A DNA stretch of 64,000 nt from Alphaproteobacteria bacterium (GTDB taxonomy: Bacteria > Pseudomonadota > Alphaproteobacteria > CAAHEQ01 > UBA3637), in assembly GCA_017960645.1 (NCBI GenBank), contig JAGCYU010000017.1:7721-71720 (forward strand). The letters are read 5' to 3'. How positions within the stretch are numbered: position 1 is the first letter of the stretch; every line of letters starts with the position of its first letter. The position numbers were made by a program, and so were the translations under genes. Shown here piece after piece: positions 1 through 9,791 of this stretch. The notes beneath the pieces are model-generated. The model was given only the letters and a program-made list of their open reading frames with translations, made no database searches and was not told where the DNA came from.

Positions 1-2
1 CT

Positions 3-677
3 GCCATTGCTTTGAAAGGATTTCCTATGTTAGAAGATATATATTGTGGCACTGAAAATATAGAAGGAAAATATTTGGATAATTTTTCTCCAGAGGAAAT
101 TGTTGTTTTTCTTCAACACATTAAAAAACAAAGACGCCACATGTCTGAGTATCAACAGAAGTTGGATGCTTTAATAGCTGAAGATTCTCCTGCTATTTTT
201 GCAAATTTTTTGACAACACCAAATAGCGCTTTAGATATTAAGTATGTTTTAAACAGAATTGCGGCAAATGATCCAAGAGATCCTGCTTTAGAATTAAGTG
301 CATTGGATGCAGTTGATAATCCGGATCGCCTTGCTTTGGATATTGCAAAAGCGTTTCATAATAATACCGTTTGTACTACAGTTATTTTGCAAGATCTGGG
401 CTTGACCGCCAATGGAATAGAGCCTCTTTTACGAGCATTTCACCATAAACATTTAAGCAAGTTGGATATTAGCGGTAATAAAATTGGCGAAAGTTTGCCT
501 ACCTTGATACATATTTTAGACGATCCTAATACGCATTGGGAAGAAGTAAGATTGGGAAAAATACATCCTGATCCTGAACAAAAGGAAGCTTTGGAAAAAC
601 ATCAAAATGTTTCTTTCGTAGCTGTGACGCCACTAACTACAAAGATTCGTGATATGTTTACTCCGACTTTAGAATAA
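3..677 (+). CDS. Leucine-rich-repeat (RNI-like) protein; N-terminus lies outside the window
   Basis: Frame is open to the window edge. Leu-rich repeat units are present, e.g. LQDLGLTANGIEPLLRAF and LSKLDISGNKIGESLPTLIHIL. TAA stop at 675-677. Confidence 0.5.
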   Translation, partial: AIALKGFPMLEDIYCGTENIEGKYLDNFSPEEIVVFLQHIKKQRRHMSEYQQKLDALIAEDSPAIFANFLTTPNSALDIKYVLNRIAANDPRDPALELSALDAVDNPDRLALDIAKAFHNNTVCTTVILQDLGLTANGIEPLLRAFHHKHLSKLDISGNKIGESLPTLIHILDDPNTHWEEVRLGKIHPDPEQKEALEKHQNVSFVAVTPLTTKIRDMFTPTLE

Positions 678-754
678 TCAGTGTATCTATGAAATAATTG
701 CTTGCCATTCTTGTATTCTTTGGGTACATTGTTATTTGAACAAGGGATAGCAAT

Positions 755-2101
755 ATGGTTGAACAACAAGATCAAAAAGATATCACTTTTGAGGGAATTG
801 TGGATAGCATTTCCTTTGACCAATTTAAAGCCACTTTTTTATCATGGACAGAGCAGGATTTGCAAAAAAAACTTGGTGCCATTCAAAATCCAAAAATTCA
901 AAGAAAATTACAAAGCTTTTTGGAAAGTGTTCAAGTGCAACTGACTGATTCAGACCGGGAAATGGCTAAGGTATATGCAGATGATCCTTTATATAATATT
1001 GCCTATTTTGCGCGGGCAGTGTCTCAAATGCATCCAGGATGGGAACAGGAAGGTTTTGAAACAGAAGATTTTAAGTCTGAAGTTGTGAAATTGTATAAAC
1101 AGTACCACGGCATGGGTAAATTAGTTAAAGTTTCTGAGCTCAATCAATTGTTAACAGATTTTTGGGGTATTGCAGCTACAACATTAGCAGATAATCATTT
1201 TCGTATAGCATCTCCTAAAACGGGGCGGCCATTTAAAAATAAAGAGGAAACCATTGCCAAATGGACTAGAGAGCGCCCTTTAAAGGTTCGTCATCCAGAA
1301 CAGGGAAATGTAGGGACAAATATTAGTTATAATCTTGAGCAATTAAACAAAATTTTAATGTGTGCTAACCAAATAACACCCAATGGACTTGCACCTTTAG
1401 TCGTGGGGGAACGTGTCGTTGGGGGACAAACTTTTGGAGTACTAGGAATACCAGACTGTAATGTACATTGGGGTAGCCCTCAAGAAGAATATGAAACAGC
1501 AAGGTTAGACAGGTTTGCTCAAACATTTCAAAATAATTATAAAAACTGGGATGGCGTTATTATTGATGTGCGTGGAAATATGGGAGGAACCAGTATTGCT
1601 ATAGAAAAAATTGCAGAGCTTTTATGTGGAGGTAAAGTTCCTTATTGTTTAGAATCAAAAAAAAGACATACTGAAGAAGCGGCTTTAAGAGAAATAGCCT
1701 CTCTTCCTGTTCAAGAACAAGCTAAATGGACTGATACCACTTTTGACAAACAAAGTGATCTGCCCATTTTTGTTTTAATGGATGGGCAAACAGCATCTGC
1801 TGCTGAAGCGATAGTCCCGATGTTAAAACATTATAAAGGGGTAACTTTTATTGGAGAAAAGACCATGGGGTGTTGCCAGTATGGTGCAATTAAACCAGTT
1901 CCTTTACCATGTGGTGGTATTTTGCACATGGGGGGTGTTTTCAGGTATTATGAAGATGGTATGGTGGAATGTGTTGGACATAAACCAGATATTGATTGTA
2001 CAGGCCGCGATGCGCTTCAGGTTGCTTTTGAGCAAATTGAAAAGAAACAAAAATCCTTAAATCAAAAGGTTGAACACCATTCTTCGAAGGGGCGTGTGTA
2101 G
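755..2101 (+). CDS. S41-family (C-terminal processing/tail-specific) peptidase-like protein
   Basis: VIIDVRGNMGGTS and MDGQTASAAEAIV resemble the S41 DxRxNxGG box and the catalytic-Ser SASA box. Confidence 0.55.
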   Translation: MVEQQDQKDITFEGIVDSISFDQFKATFLSWTEQDLQKKLGAIQNPKIQRKLQSFLESVQVQLTDSDREMAKVYADDPLYNIAYFARAVSQMHPGWEQEGFETEDFKSEVVKLYKQYHGMGKLVKVSELNQLLTDFWGIAATTLADNHFRIASPKTGRPFKNKEETIAKWTRERPLKVRHPEQGNVGTNISYNLEQLNKILMCANQITPNGLAPLVVGERVVGGQTFGVLGIPDCNVHWGSPQEEYETARLDRFAQTFQNNYKNWDGVIIDVRGNMGGTSIAIEKIAELLCGGKVPYCLESKKRHTEEAALREIASLPVQEQAKWTDTTFDKQSDLPIFVLMDGQTASAAEAIVPMLKHYKGVTFIGEKTMGCCQYGAIKPVPLPCGGILHMGGVFRYYEDGMVECVGHKPDIDCTGRDALQVAFEQIEKKQKSLNQKVEHHSSKGRV

Positions 2102-2111
2102 GAGCTTTTTG

Positions 2112-2132
2112 AAAAATCAGCTTGATTTTTTT
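2112..2132 (+). terminator. Weak AT-rich hairpin plus T-run downstream of the peptidase gene
   Basis: AAAAATCA-GCT-TGATTTTT followed by TT. All pairs are A/T apart from one C-G, so it is weak. Confidence 0.3.
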
Positions 2133-2159
2133 CGCAGTTTATGACATAATATCTCGTGT

Positions 2160-2235
<76 letters not shown>

Positions 2236-2310
2236 TTTTTGTTTCCAAAAGGCTGGCTTCAGAAAATAGTGCTTTCACTCGTTTAATGTGAAGTACACTG
2301 TTGTGATGCT

Positions 2311-3009
2311 TTACAGAAGTATCAATAAAACTATGATACTGCCTAAGAAAAGATAACTGTAAATATTGGCCATCAGAACATATTTTTTTAAATCTTTTAT
2401 TTCTGTTTTGATCAGCTTATTTTTCAACAGGTTATATAAAACTTTATATTCAACCCAGTATGAAATAATACAATCTATAATAAATGTTGGTAATAACGTG
2501 AGACGAGAGTCTTTTCCCTTCCCTTCACTAATCCAAAAAAGACGCATAGCCAATTCTTCTCCTGATTGGAACATGCTGTTCATAGAGGTAAAGCCAAATA
2601 CCAAACAAAGTGTGATAAGCACAGATAAAAGAATGCTTACACAAAATCCAATAACATTTTTTTGTTTCCTTTCCTTAATAAGGTGATAAGCATAGTATAT
2701 CGACAAAATAAAAGGCAATACTGGCATTAAAATACACACAAGAGTGGCTAAAAATCCAATAGGAATCACAGCGACAAATCCTATGAGTGTTGATGTTAAG
2801 TTTGCCAACGTACTTCCCCCAAAAAGATAAGAAAGAGATACTTTTTTAATTTTGCTGCTTAGATACCAAAATTCAATCAAAATGACAGGAATCAAAAGCA
2901 ATGTTTCTGAAATGCGGCTTACTAGTCCTAACGCGGGAATTGCCACATCTGCCAATGCTATGGTCGGGAATAACAATCCCAGAACAAAAATCAAATATTT
3001 TTTCATCAA
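2311..3009 (-). CDS. Hypothetical multi-pass membrane protein
   Basis: 232 aa ORF with a hydrophobic N-terminal signal-like segment and several hydrophobic stretches. GGAGG-type RBS upstream (revcomp of 3012-3018). Confidence 0.45.
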   Translation of the reverse strand: MMKKYLIFVLGLLFPTIALADVAIPALGLVSRISETLLLIPVILIEFWYLSSKIKKVSLSYLFGGSTLANLTSTLIGFVAVIPIGFLATLVCILMPVLPFILSIYYAYHLIKERKQKNVIGFCVSILLSVLITLCLVFGFTSMNSMFQSGEELAMRLFWISEGKGKDSRLTLLPTFIIDCIISYWVEYKVLYNLLKNKLIKTEIKDLKKYVLMANIYSYLFLGSIIVLLILL

Positions 3010-3303
3010 TTGCCTCCTAACAAAAGTCTAGTCTTTTCTGGCTATGTCCAGTTACGGTTGCAATAAGTTACCGTAAATAAACATCTCCTTTTGTACGATG
3101 GCCTCAGTATATAAATTTATTCAAACAAAGTCAATATATTTTAATATATGCCAGTTTGTTCTTTTTCGCATAGAGCAACGGATTGTTGAGGTGTTCTTAA
3201 TAGTGGATTGTAATTTATAGTTTCCTAATTAAATCGCTTTACTCCTTGCATTTTATTTTTTTATGTAGTAGTTTGAAAAAGGATTCAAAAAAAGGAACCG
3301 ACA

Positions 3304-4011
3304 ATGAAAAAATTATTTTTATCTCCATTCTTTTCTATTTTTTTTACAATTGTGTGTATGGCATTGTACTATGGCTTATCTTATGTTTTTCGCTTGAAAT
3401 ATGGCGTGTTTGATATTGAGGAACTGGGGATTACAGATACTTTAACAACTTTATTTTATGGCATGGCTTTTGGCGTTGTTATTTGTTTATACAAAGATTT
3501 TACAACTATTTCTGAAAAACGTACCTATGGCGCTTTATTATTTTTATGGTTTTTCACATTACTACGTGAATGGGGCTTGCAACATTGGTTGGCAGTAAAT
3601 GATACGACCGCTATTAAGATAAATTATTTTAAAAATGCTGCGGTTCCATTGTATGCTAAAGTTATTGCCGGATGTGTTATCATTGGCGTGTGCGTAGTTA
3701 TAGGATATTTATTATTTAAACATTTAAAGCAAATGATTATAGGATTTTTTAAGATGGTGCCTATGTATTGGACAATCGCAACCTTTGGTGCGTTGGGAGT
3801 GATGACACAATTAACAGATCGATTTCCAGCTTTATATCGTAAATCAACAGGACAAATGATTTCAGAATCTATTAAGTTCCCTTTAAAGATTTTAGAGGAG
3901 GGGGGGGAATCTATTCTGCCTTTGTTGTTTGCGGTGGCGTTTGTTCAATATCATCTTTGTAAAAAGACTTGTCAAAGCGCCGATGAATCCACAACCACTG
4001 TTCAGGATTAG
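3304..4011 (+). CDS. Hypothetical multi-pass membrane protein
   Basis: 235 aa ORF with several hydrophobic helices. Its 3' end overlaps the convergent lpxL-like gene by about 100 nt, so the C-terminus is uncertain. Confidence 0.4.
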   Translation: MKKLFLSPFFSIFFTIVCMALYYGLSYVFRLKYGVFDIEELGITDTLTTLFYGMAFGVVICLYKDFTTISEKRTYGALLFLWFFTLLREWGLQHWLAVNDTTAIKINYFKNAAVPLYAKVIAGCVIIGVCVVIGYLLFKHLKQMIIGFFKMVPMYWTIATFGALGVMTQLTDRFPALYRKSTGQMISESIKFPLKILEEGGESILPLLFAVAFVQYHLCKKTCQSADESTTTVQD

Positions 4012-4852
4012 CGCGGATCCATTCTTCATAAACATGATTCATATATAAGGTCATGGCATAAATTTTTTCAGGTAATGTTCCTGTTTCTGGAACTGGGATA
4101 GGGGGGAACATCGTAATAAAATAGCGCATATCAGGTTGGCGGATAGCATTGACCATAATTACTGGAACCCCTTTTTTAATGGCTAAATTGAAAATGGCTG
4201 AGGCTGTCATAGCGGGTTTTCCAAAGAAAGGAACTTCAATGCCTTCTCGTAACTTTTGATCGCATAAGATAGAGATAAATTCTCCGCGCTGCAATGTTTC
4301 AATCATCAACCGGGCGCCATGTGTTCCTTTGGGGATTTTTGTACCCTCTCTGCGTTGAAAAAGGAGTTTGTCCAGCCAAGGATTATTGGCTGCACGATAA
4401 ACGGGATTCATATGAAAACCTTCTATGACTTGTTCTGCAACAGGCAGTTCCCAATTGCCAAAATGGGCCGAGCAGATAAAGCCTCCCTTTCCAGCTTGAT
4501 AAGCTTGCCTGACAGATGAAGTATCCCCAAAAGTCGCTTGTTGCAAAACCTCTTTGCTGTGGGGTACTTCACCAAATAATGTGCCAAAATGCCGCCACAT
4601 TGCTTTTAAAATACGCTTTTTTTCTGATAAAGGTTTGTTTGGAAAAGCAACGTCCATATTTTTTAAGCCAATTTTATTGCGGCTGGGGACAAGATAATAG
4701 GCAAGACTACCCAAAAATCCTCCGAACTTTTGTGCTTGTTTTAGTGGTAAAATTTTTAAAATTAAATATAAAAATCCAACTCCCAGACCAACGGCAGGGT
4801 CTAAAATCAAAAATTGAAACCACGTGCGTCTGCCCTGTCTAATCCCCAACAT
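3911..4852 (-). CDS. lpxL: Lipid A biosynthesis late acyltransferase (LpxL/HtrB/MsbB family)
   Basis: N-terminal TM segment and the family motif CSAHFGNWE. Sits next to lpxK and waaA. Confidence 0.7.
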   Translation of the reverse strand: MLGIRQGRRTWFQFLILDPAVGLGVGFLYLILKILPLKQAQKFGGFLGSLAYYLVPSRNKIGLKNMDVAFPNKPLSEKKRILKAMWRHFGTLFGEVPHSKEVLQQATFGDTSSVRQAYQAGKGGFICSAHFGNWELPVAEQVIEGFHMNPVYRAANNPWLDKLLFQRREGTKIPKGTHGARLMIETLQRGEFISILCDQKLREGIEVPFFGKPAMTASAIFNLAIKKGVPVIMVNAIRQPDMRYFITMFPPIPVPETGTLPEKIYAMTLYMNHVYEEWIRANPEQWLWIHRRFDKSFYKDDIEQTPPQTTKAE

Positions 4853-5822
4853 GCATAAGTCCTTTCAATACATCGCGAACAGCTTTTTCGTCATCAAAAA
4901 TAAATTGGCCCGGCATAACATAAACATTTTGTCTGACTTCTCGGGGTACTTTAACACCGTCTTTTTCGGTTGTCAAAAGGGGTAAATCGCACGCCTTTTG
5001 CTTCATTTCTTCAATATCAAAACGCGTATAGGCATAATGATCCGGAAATTGTTGTGTTTGGGCGACAATAATACCCTGTTCAGTTAATGAATCAAAAAAC
5101 TTTTGGGGATTCCCAAGTCCAGCAAATGCAAAAACTTTTTTCCCTCGGAATAAGGAAACCACCGTTGTATCTAAGGCGAAATGTCCTGTAAAAATGGGGA
5201 TGTCTATGCCATTTCTTTCCAAAAAGAATTGTATGCCCCAAGTGTCTTCGCCTACAATAATAAGGGCGTCAGCACGAGCTAAACCTTTTAAAATAGGTTC
5301 ACGCAATGGTCCTGCAGGCAAAACACGTTCATTGCCAAATCCTTTTTTTCCATCTACAACCACAAAAGAAAATGTTTTGACCAAACTGGGGTGCTGGAAT
5401 CCATCATCCATTACCAAGAATTTTGCACCCAGCTTTTCGGCTAATTGAGCTCCTCTGGCTCTGTTGCTATCAACGATAGTATGTGCCATTTCGTTTAATA
5501 ATAAAGCCTCATCTCCAACATCAAAGGCCGAGTGTTTCATTTTATCAACCAAAACGCCCTGTTGTTCAGCTTTATAGCCATGGTTTAAAAAATAAAAAGG
5601 TTGATTTAAGCGTTGTAGCAAACGTCCAATAGCCAAAGATACAGGAGTTTTTCCTACCCCACCGACAGAAATATTTCCGATACAAACGACAGGAACGGAT
5701 GCTTGATAAGGCTTAACAGATTTTAAACGTCTGGCGACACTCCAAGCATAAATCTTTCCAAGCGGGTTTAAAATTTTTCCTAAAATGGAATCTCTTCTAT
5801 CCCAAAATTTTGGTGCTTGCAT
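4839..5822 (-). CDS. lpxK: Tetraacyldisaccharide 4'-kinase
   Basis: P-loop VVCIGNISVGGVGKTP is typical of LpxK. Lies in a waaA-lpxK-lpxL arrangement. Confidence 0.85.
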   Translation of the reverse strand: MQAPKFWDRRDSILGKILNPLGKIYAWSVARRLKSVKPYQASVPVVCIGNISVGGVGKTPVSLAIGRLLQRLNQPFYFLNHGYKAEQQGVLVDKMKHSAFDVGDEALLLNEMAHTIVDSNRARGAQLAEKLGAKFLVMDDGFQHPSLVKTFSFVVVDGKKGFGNERVLPAGPLREPILKGLARADALIIVGEDTWGIQFFLERNGIDIPIFTGHFALDTTVVSLFRGKKVFAFAGLGNPQKFFDSLTEQGIIVAQTQQFPDHYAYTRFDIEEMKQKACDLPLLTTEKDGVKVPREVRQNVYVMPGQFIFDDEKAVRDVLKGLMHVGD

Positions 5823-7135
5823 TACAAAATCCCCCTTTGTTGCATTAAGCTATACAATCTGTCTAATACATTCATCTCGGAAGTGGCAACTTGTTCGGCA
5901 TTTGCGCCCAATTCTGTTATTTTATTTGGATCGGATAACAATGTATCTATGGTCTGGGCTAAAGCTTCTTTGTTTTCCACTTCAATCAGAGCGTTATTTT
6001 CTTTTGCACTTGTGACAATTTCTCGGAAATTAAAGGCATGAGGCCCGACAATGGTAGCACGCTTTAACCGCATTGGTTCCAACATATTTTGCCCTCCGAA
6101 AGGAATCAAACTGCCTCCAACAAAAACAATATCTGTCAATTGATACAGTAGCCCCATTTCTCCAATCGTATCGGCCAAATAAAAATCTGTGTTGCTAGAG
6201 ATAGTATCCCCACGGCTGCGTCGAGCAATTTTTAATCCCTGTTTTATACACATGTTTTCAATTTCGGTTGCGCGATTAGGATGCCTTGGTACACAAACAG
6301 TAAGTAACGTTGGATACTTTTGTTTTAAGCTGAGGTGTACCTGGGCCATTTGCTCTTCTTCGTTATGATGTGTGGATGCCCCAGTCCAAGCTGGACGAGA
6401 GCCGATTTGATCCTTTAATTTTGTTAATTCTTGTGCATCAAAAGGTGCGATAGAAGCTGCATATTTAAGGTTACCAATACAATCTACATTGGCGCTGCCC
6501 AAAACCTGCAAACGACGCGCATTTTCTGGGGATTGACCCAAAGTTAAAGTGAATAGACCTAAAATGCTTTTAATAATACCGGGGGCTTTTTGCCAGCGAA
6601 CAAAGGACCTGTCAGAAATGCGCCCATTTAATAAAATCAAAGGAATCTTTGCCTTATGGATAGCATATAATGCATTAGGCCAAAATTCCGATTCAAACCA
6701 AAAAACTGCATCTGGGTGAAAATAACGGACAAAAGCATGTGTTCCCCATGGGCTGTCTATAGGCATAAACTGATGAAAAGCACGTTCTGGTAGCCTTTTG
6801 GCCATTAAAGTAGCAGAAGTAACTGTCCCGCTGGTGACCATGATATGCAAGGATGGATCCAATTCCAATAAGCGGTTAATCAAGGGGAGCATAGACAAAC
6901 ATTCCCCAACACTTGCGCCATGCATCCAAATAAGTTTTCCGTCTGGACGGGGACATTTTGGATATCCCAATCGTTCGAAAAATCTTTTTTTATCCTCTTT
7001 CCCCTTAATAAGCCGGCAGGCAAATAAAACACACAAAAAGGGTGTCAACAAAAGAAAAAGTACATTATATAAAAATATCCATATCATTTTTTTTAACTTT
7101 CTGTTAGAATAATATTGTAACAAACTTCGGGACAA
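5822..7135 (-). CDS. waaA: 3-deoxy-D-manno-octulosonic acid (Kdo) transferase
   Basis: N-terminal TM segment, WMHGASVGE motif, and a glycosyltransferase C-terminal half (VGGSLIPFGGQNMLEP). Confidence 0.85.
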   Translation of the reverse strand: MSRSLLQYYSNRKLKKMIWIFLYNVLFLLLTPFLCVLFACRLIKGKEDKKRFFERLGYPKCPRPDGKLIWMHGASVGECLSMLPLINRLLELDPSLHIMVTSGTVTSATLMAKRLPERAFHQFMPIDSPWGTHAFVRYFHPDAVFWFESEFWPNALYAIHKAKIPLILLNGRISDRSFVRWQKAPGIIKSILGLFTLTLGQSPENARRLQVLGSANVDCIGNLKYAASIAPFDAQELTKLKDQIGSRPAWTGASTHHNEEEQMAQVHLSLKQKYPTLLTVCVPRHPNRATEIENMCIKQGLKIARRSRGDTISSNTDFYLADTIGEMGLLYQLTDIVFVGGSLIPFGGQNMLEPMRLKRATIVGPHAFNFREIVTSAKENNALIEVENKEALAQTIDTLLSDPNKITELGANAEQVATSEMNVLDRLYSLMQQRGIL

Positions 7136-7145
7136 AAGGCAACTT

Positions 7146-7730
7146 ATGATAGGTGTTTATACAAAAAATAACTTTTTGACACAAAGTATAGTGGAACTTT
7201 TTAAGCATTTAGGGGCTACTCCTTGGCAATCAGGGCAGTCTTATCAAGCTCTGATTATTGCTTTGCCTCAAAAAGAGATAAATACGTTTTTTAAACAAAA
7301 TCCGACTATGTGGGCGATTTGTTTGGGATGTCATCATCCTCAAGCGTACCAATCTTTGTCCTTGCCGATTCATTTGGAAATTGTACAAAATGCTTTGTTG
7401 CAATTATTAAATGCAATAGCAGCCTATGCTCGTTTTGAAAATAATACCTTTATTTTTGATGCACGGACACGTCAGTTGTTTAACAAAAAATCGAAAAAGA
7501 CGATTGAGTTAACGGAAAAAGAAAGTGATTTATTGAGCTTTCTGGCTCAAGCGAAAAGACATAAAGTTTCGCGCGAAGAGATCATGAGCCAGGTGTGGAA
7601 ATATAATGAAAATACGGAAACGCATACACTAGACAGCCATATCTATTCATTACGGCAAAAACTTCAAAACGATACGGATGCATTGCTGACTTATCAAAAC
7701 GGATTTTTACAACTGGTTACTTTTCCATAA
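7146..7730 (+). CDS. OmpR/PhoB-type winged-helix DNA-binding protein with a degenerate receiver-like N-terminus
   Basis: C-terminal region LTEKESDLLSFLAQAKRHKVSREEIMSQVWKYNENTETHTLDSHIYSLRQKL matches the trans_reg_C pattern. The N-terminal half lacks the acidic pocket. Confidence 0.55.
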   Translation: MIGVYTKNNFLTQSIVELFKHLGATPWQSGQSYQALIIALPQKEINTFFKQNPTMWAICLGCHHPQAYQSLSLPIHLEIVQNALLQLLNAIAAYARFENNTFIFDARTRQLFNKKSKKTIELTEKESDLLSFLAQAKRHKVSREEIMSQVWKYNENTETHTLDSHIYSLRQKLQNDTDALLTYQNGFLQLVTFP

Positions 7731-8292
7731 CTAATTTATTACTTCTGTAATCTTCCGGTTTTACTTCTGAGGCAGAGATAGACCTTTTGGCAAGACTATA
7801 TAAAATCCGCTCGTTTATTTGGTCATATAAATCTGTGTTGCGCAAAACGGGGTTATATTGCATATACCATAAAACATTTCTGCCTTTATCATCTGTTGCT
7901 GCTACATTTGCACCAGCTTCTAGCAACAGTTTGACAATTTCTTTGTTAGGGGCATAATATCCGGCAAATAACAAAAGAGGAATAGGAGTTGTGACCCCTG
8001 GAATGGGAAAAGCATCCAACTTTTCTATGCTGTTGGCACGATTTTGATCCTGTTGTAAAATAGCGGCCAAAACCCCTGGTTCACCGCGCCGTACCGCCAG
8101 TTGCAATAAGGATCCGCCGCATTTTGTTTCTTCCTCTATATTAATCCCTTTGTCAATTAAATCTTGGATATCTGCTCTGGAACGTGCCTTGGCTACTCGT
8201 ACTTGTAAAGGAGAATAAGCGCATTCAAACTCGGCCGCCACAGCTACACCGCTTGCCAATAAACACATTATAAGAAATAAATATTTTTTCAT
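7717..8292 (-). CDS. Secreted ankyrin-repeat protein
   Basis: Signal peptide MKKYLFLIMCLLASGVAVA. ANK-like units GGSLLQLAVRRGEPGVLAAIL and KLLLEAGANVAATDDKGRNVLWY. Confidence 0.65.
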   Translation of the reverse strand: MKKYLFLIMCLLASGVAVAAEFECAYSPLQVRVAKARSRADIQDLIDKGINIEEETKCGGSLLQLAVRRGEPGVLAAILQQDQNRANSIEKLDAFPIPGVTTPIPLLLFAGYYAPNKEIVKLLLEAGANVAATDDKGRNVLWYMQYNPVLRNTDLYDQINERILYSLAKRSISASEVKPEDYRSNKLVMEK

Positions 8293-8307
8293 GTTTGCCC
8301 CCTTAGC

Positions 8308-8934
8308 TCAATCCTTCTTCTTATATGGATTTTTAAACAAAAACAGCTTATTGTCAAGAGAAATATTTTGTTCAATATTAAATAATGATACTGTGGATTT
8401 GATGCCACGCATATCCAATACATCCCATTGTTTAAGCATAAGCGTATCTCTGTCTATAACCAAAGTTAATTCACCAAGTTCTTTTGCATCTTTTTTGTGT
8501 GCAGTGATGAAATATTCATCTAAAATGGTTTGAATATCCGTAACAACAAAGCCCTCATCATCAAAAAGTAATTTATCCCGTAATATCCATTCAACAGGGG
8601 TAGAAGACAATTCAAAATAATTTACTTCTTCTAAGTCTTTGTCATGGTACACAAAATACCCATTCGTCGCTACGAATTCCAAGGGAGATCCTTTTTCATA
8701 TACCAGCCGCATTTGTCCGGGGCGTTTAATATAAATTGTGCCTGTTTGTAAATCTTCTTTCATCTTTGAATTAAACTGAGCAAAATTGGCTTTGAGTGTC
8801 CGCATTTTGTTATAGGCAGTTTCAATTTTGCTCAGCAATTGCCGATTGGTCGGCGTGTCAATTCGTTTGTCCACTAGGGCTAAACTAGGCGTAGAAAATA
8901 TTAGTATTAAAAATAACAAAATTATCTTTTTCAT
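8308..8934 (-). CDS. lolA: Outer-membrane lipoprotein carrier LolA
   Basis: Signal peptide MKKIILLFLILIFSTPSLA. LKANFAQ..GTIYIKRPGQMRLVY matches the LolA pattern. The ATG at 8934 overlaps the upstream stop (ATGA). Classic ftsK-lolA neighbourhood. Confidence 0.7.
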   Translation of the reverse strand: MKKIILLFLILIFSTPSLALVDKRIDTPTNRQLLSKIETAYNKMRTLKANFAQFNSKMKEDLQTGTIYIKRPGQMRLVYEKGSPLEFVATNGYFVYHDKDLEEVNYFELSSTPVEWILRDKLLFDDEGFVVTDIQTILDEYFITAHKKDAKELGELTLVIDRDTLMLKQWDVLDMRGIKSTVSLFNIEQNISLDNKLFLFKNPYKKKD

Positions 8935-9791
8935 TCGGTCTCCTTCAAAATACACCAACCATCTTTATATTCTCGATTAGGGCACAAATCACAAAGTCCT
9001 TTAACTGTGAATATAACCACATCTGTATCACAAGAATAAAAATCTACTTTGTATCTAAGAAGTTTACTAAAATTATGTATTAAGCTACGTCCTGTTTCCT
9101 CATCTGGGAAGCTAACAATTGGATGTGTTTCAAATGGACTTTTCTTAAAAAGGCAAAGACCTGCAAAGAAAAACCTGTTATTACATTTCATACATTCCGC
9201 CTCATCAATTTGACCAATATAAGGATTATTGCAATCCGCACATCGCCCCATTCTTGTCAAAATTTCTCCATCTGGACACGTAGCAAAACATCCCAGAAAT
9301 GGAACAAGTGTATCAAAATAGATTTTTGGCTGAAGATTGGGACAAACAGAACACATATCTTTATTCCACACATCTACACGAAATGCGAAGTCACAAGAAT
9401 GGCACTCATTATCTCTTCCTCTCAAAGGCTTTTCTGGAGGACATACTACTTTTATTACACTTACGCTATCACCTACAAATCCTTCGTCCAACACCATTTC
9501 ACGATTTGAACACACTTCGTTTTCTTGATCGTTGATTAATGTGTATTGAAAGGTACTATCACATGCTTTGCATCCAGAAAATGTTCTAAGAGGTCGTTCT
9601 TCTGGACATTTACGTAATACAGACCAATCTTTATCTTGATATCGGTTGTCTTTGACAACCTCTCTGTTATCACACTTCAAATATTGAGGATATTGCGATA
9701 TAGGATAAATACCGCTACTATTACAATCTACTTCCTGAGCAATTGATGATATAGATAAAAAACATAAACCCAAAATCCACAGTTTTTTCAT
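8931..9791 (-). CDS. Secreted cysteine-rich repeat protein
   Basis: Signal peptide MKKLWILGLCFLSISSIAQE. Recurrent CP-x-E/x-x-PLR...C-x-x-C units, e.g. CPEERPLRTFSGCKACD, CPPEKPLRGRDNECHSCD and CPDGEILTRMGRCADCN. Confidence 0.5.
   Translation of the reverse strand: MKKLWILGLCFLSISSIAQEVDCNSSGIYPISQYPQYLKCDNREVVKDNRYQDKDWSVLRKCPEERPLRTFSGCKACDSTFQYTLINDQENEVCSNREMVLDEGFVGDSVSVIKVVCPPEKPLRGRDNECHSCDFAFRVDVWNKDMCSVCPNLQPKIYFDTLVPFLGCFATCPDGEILTRMGRCADCNNPYIGQIDEAECMKCNNRFFFAGLCLFKKSPFETHPIVSFPDEETGRSLIHNFSKLLRYKVDFYSCDTDVVIFTVKGLCDLCPNREYKDGWCILKETE

Noticed and set aside
3911-4011. 101-nt convergent overlap between the membrane-protein ORF and the lpxL-like gene as a possible antisense regulatory arrangement
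   Set aside because: It is more likely that the membrane-protein ORF simply lacks an earlier stop in this AT-rich frame. There is no independent evidence of function.
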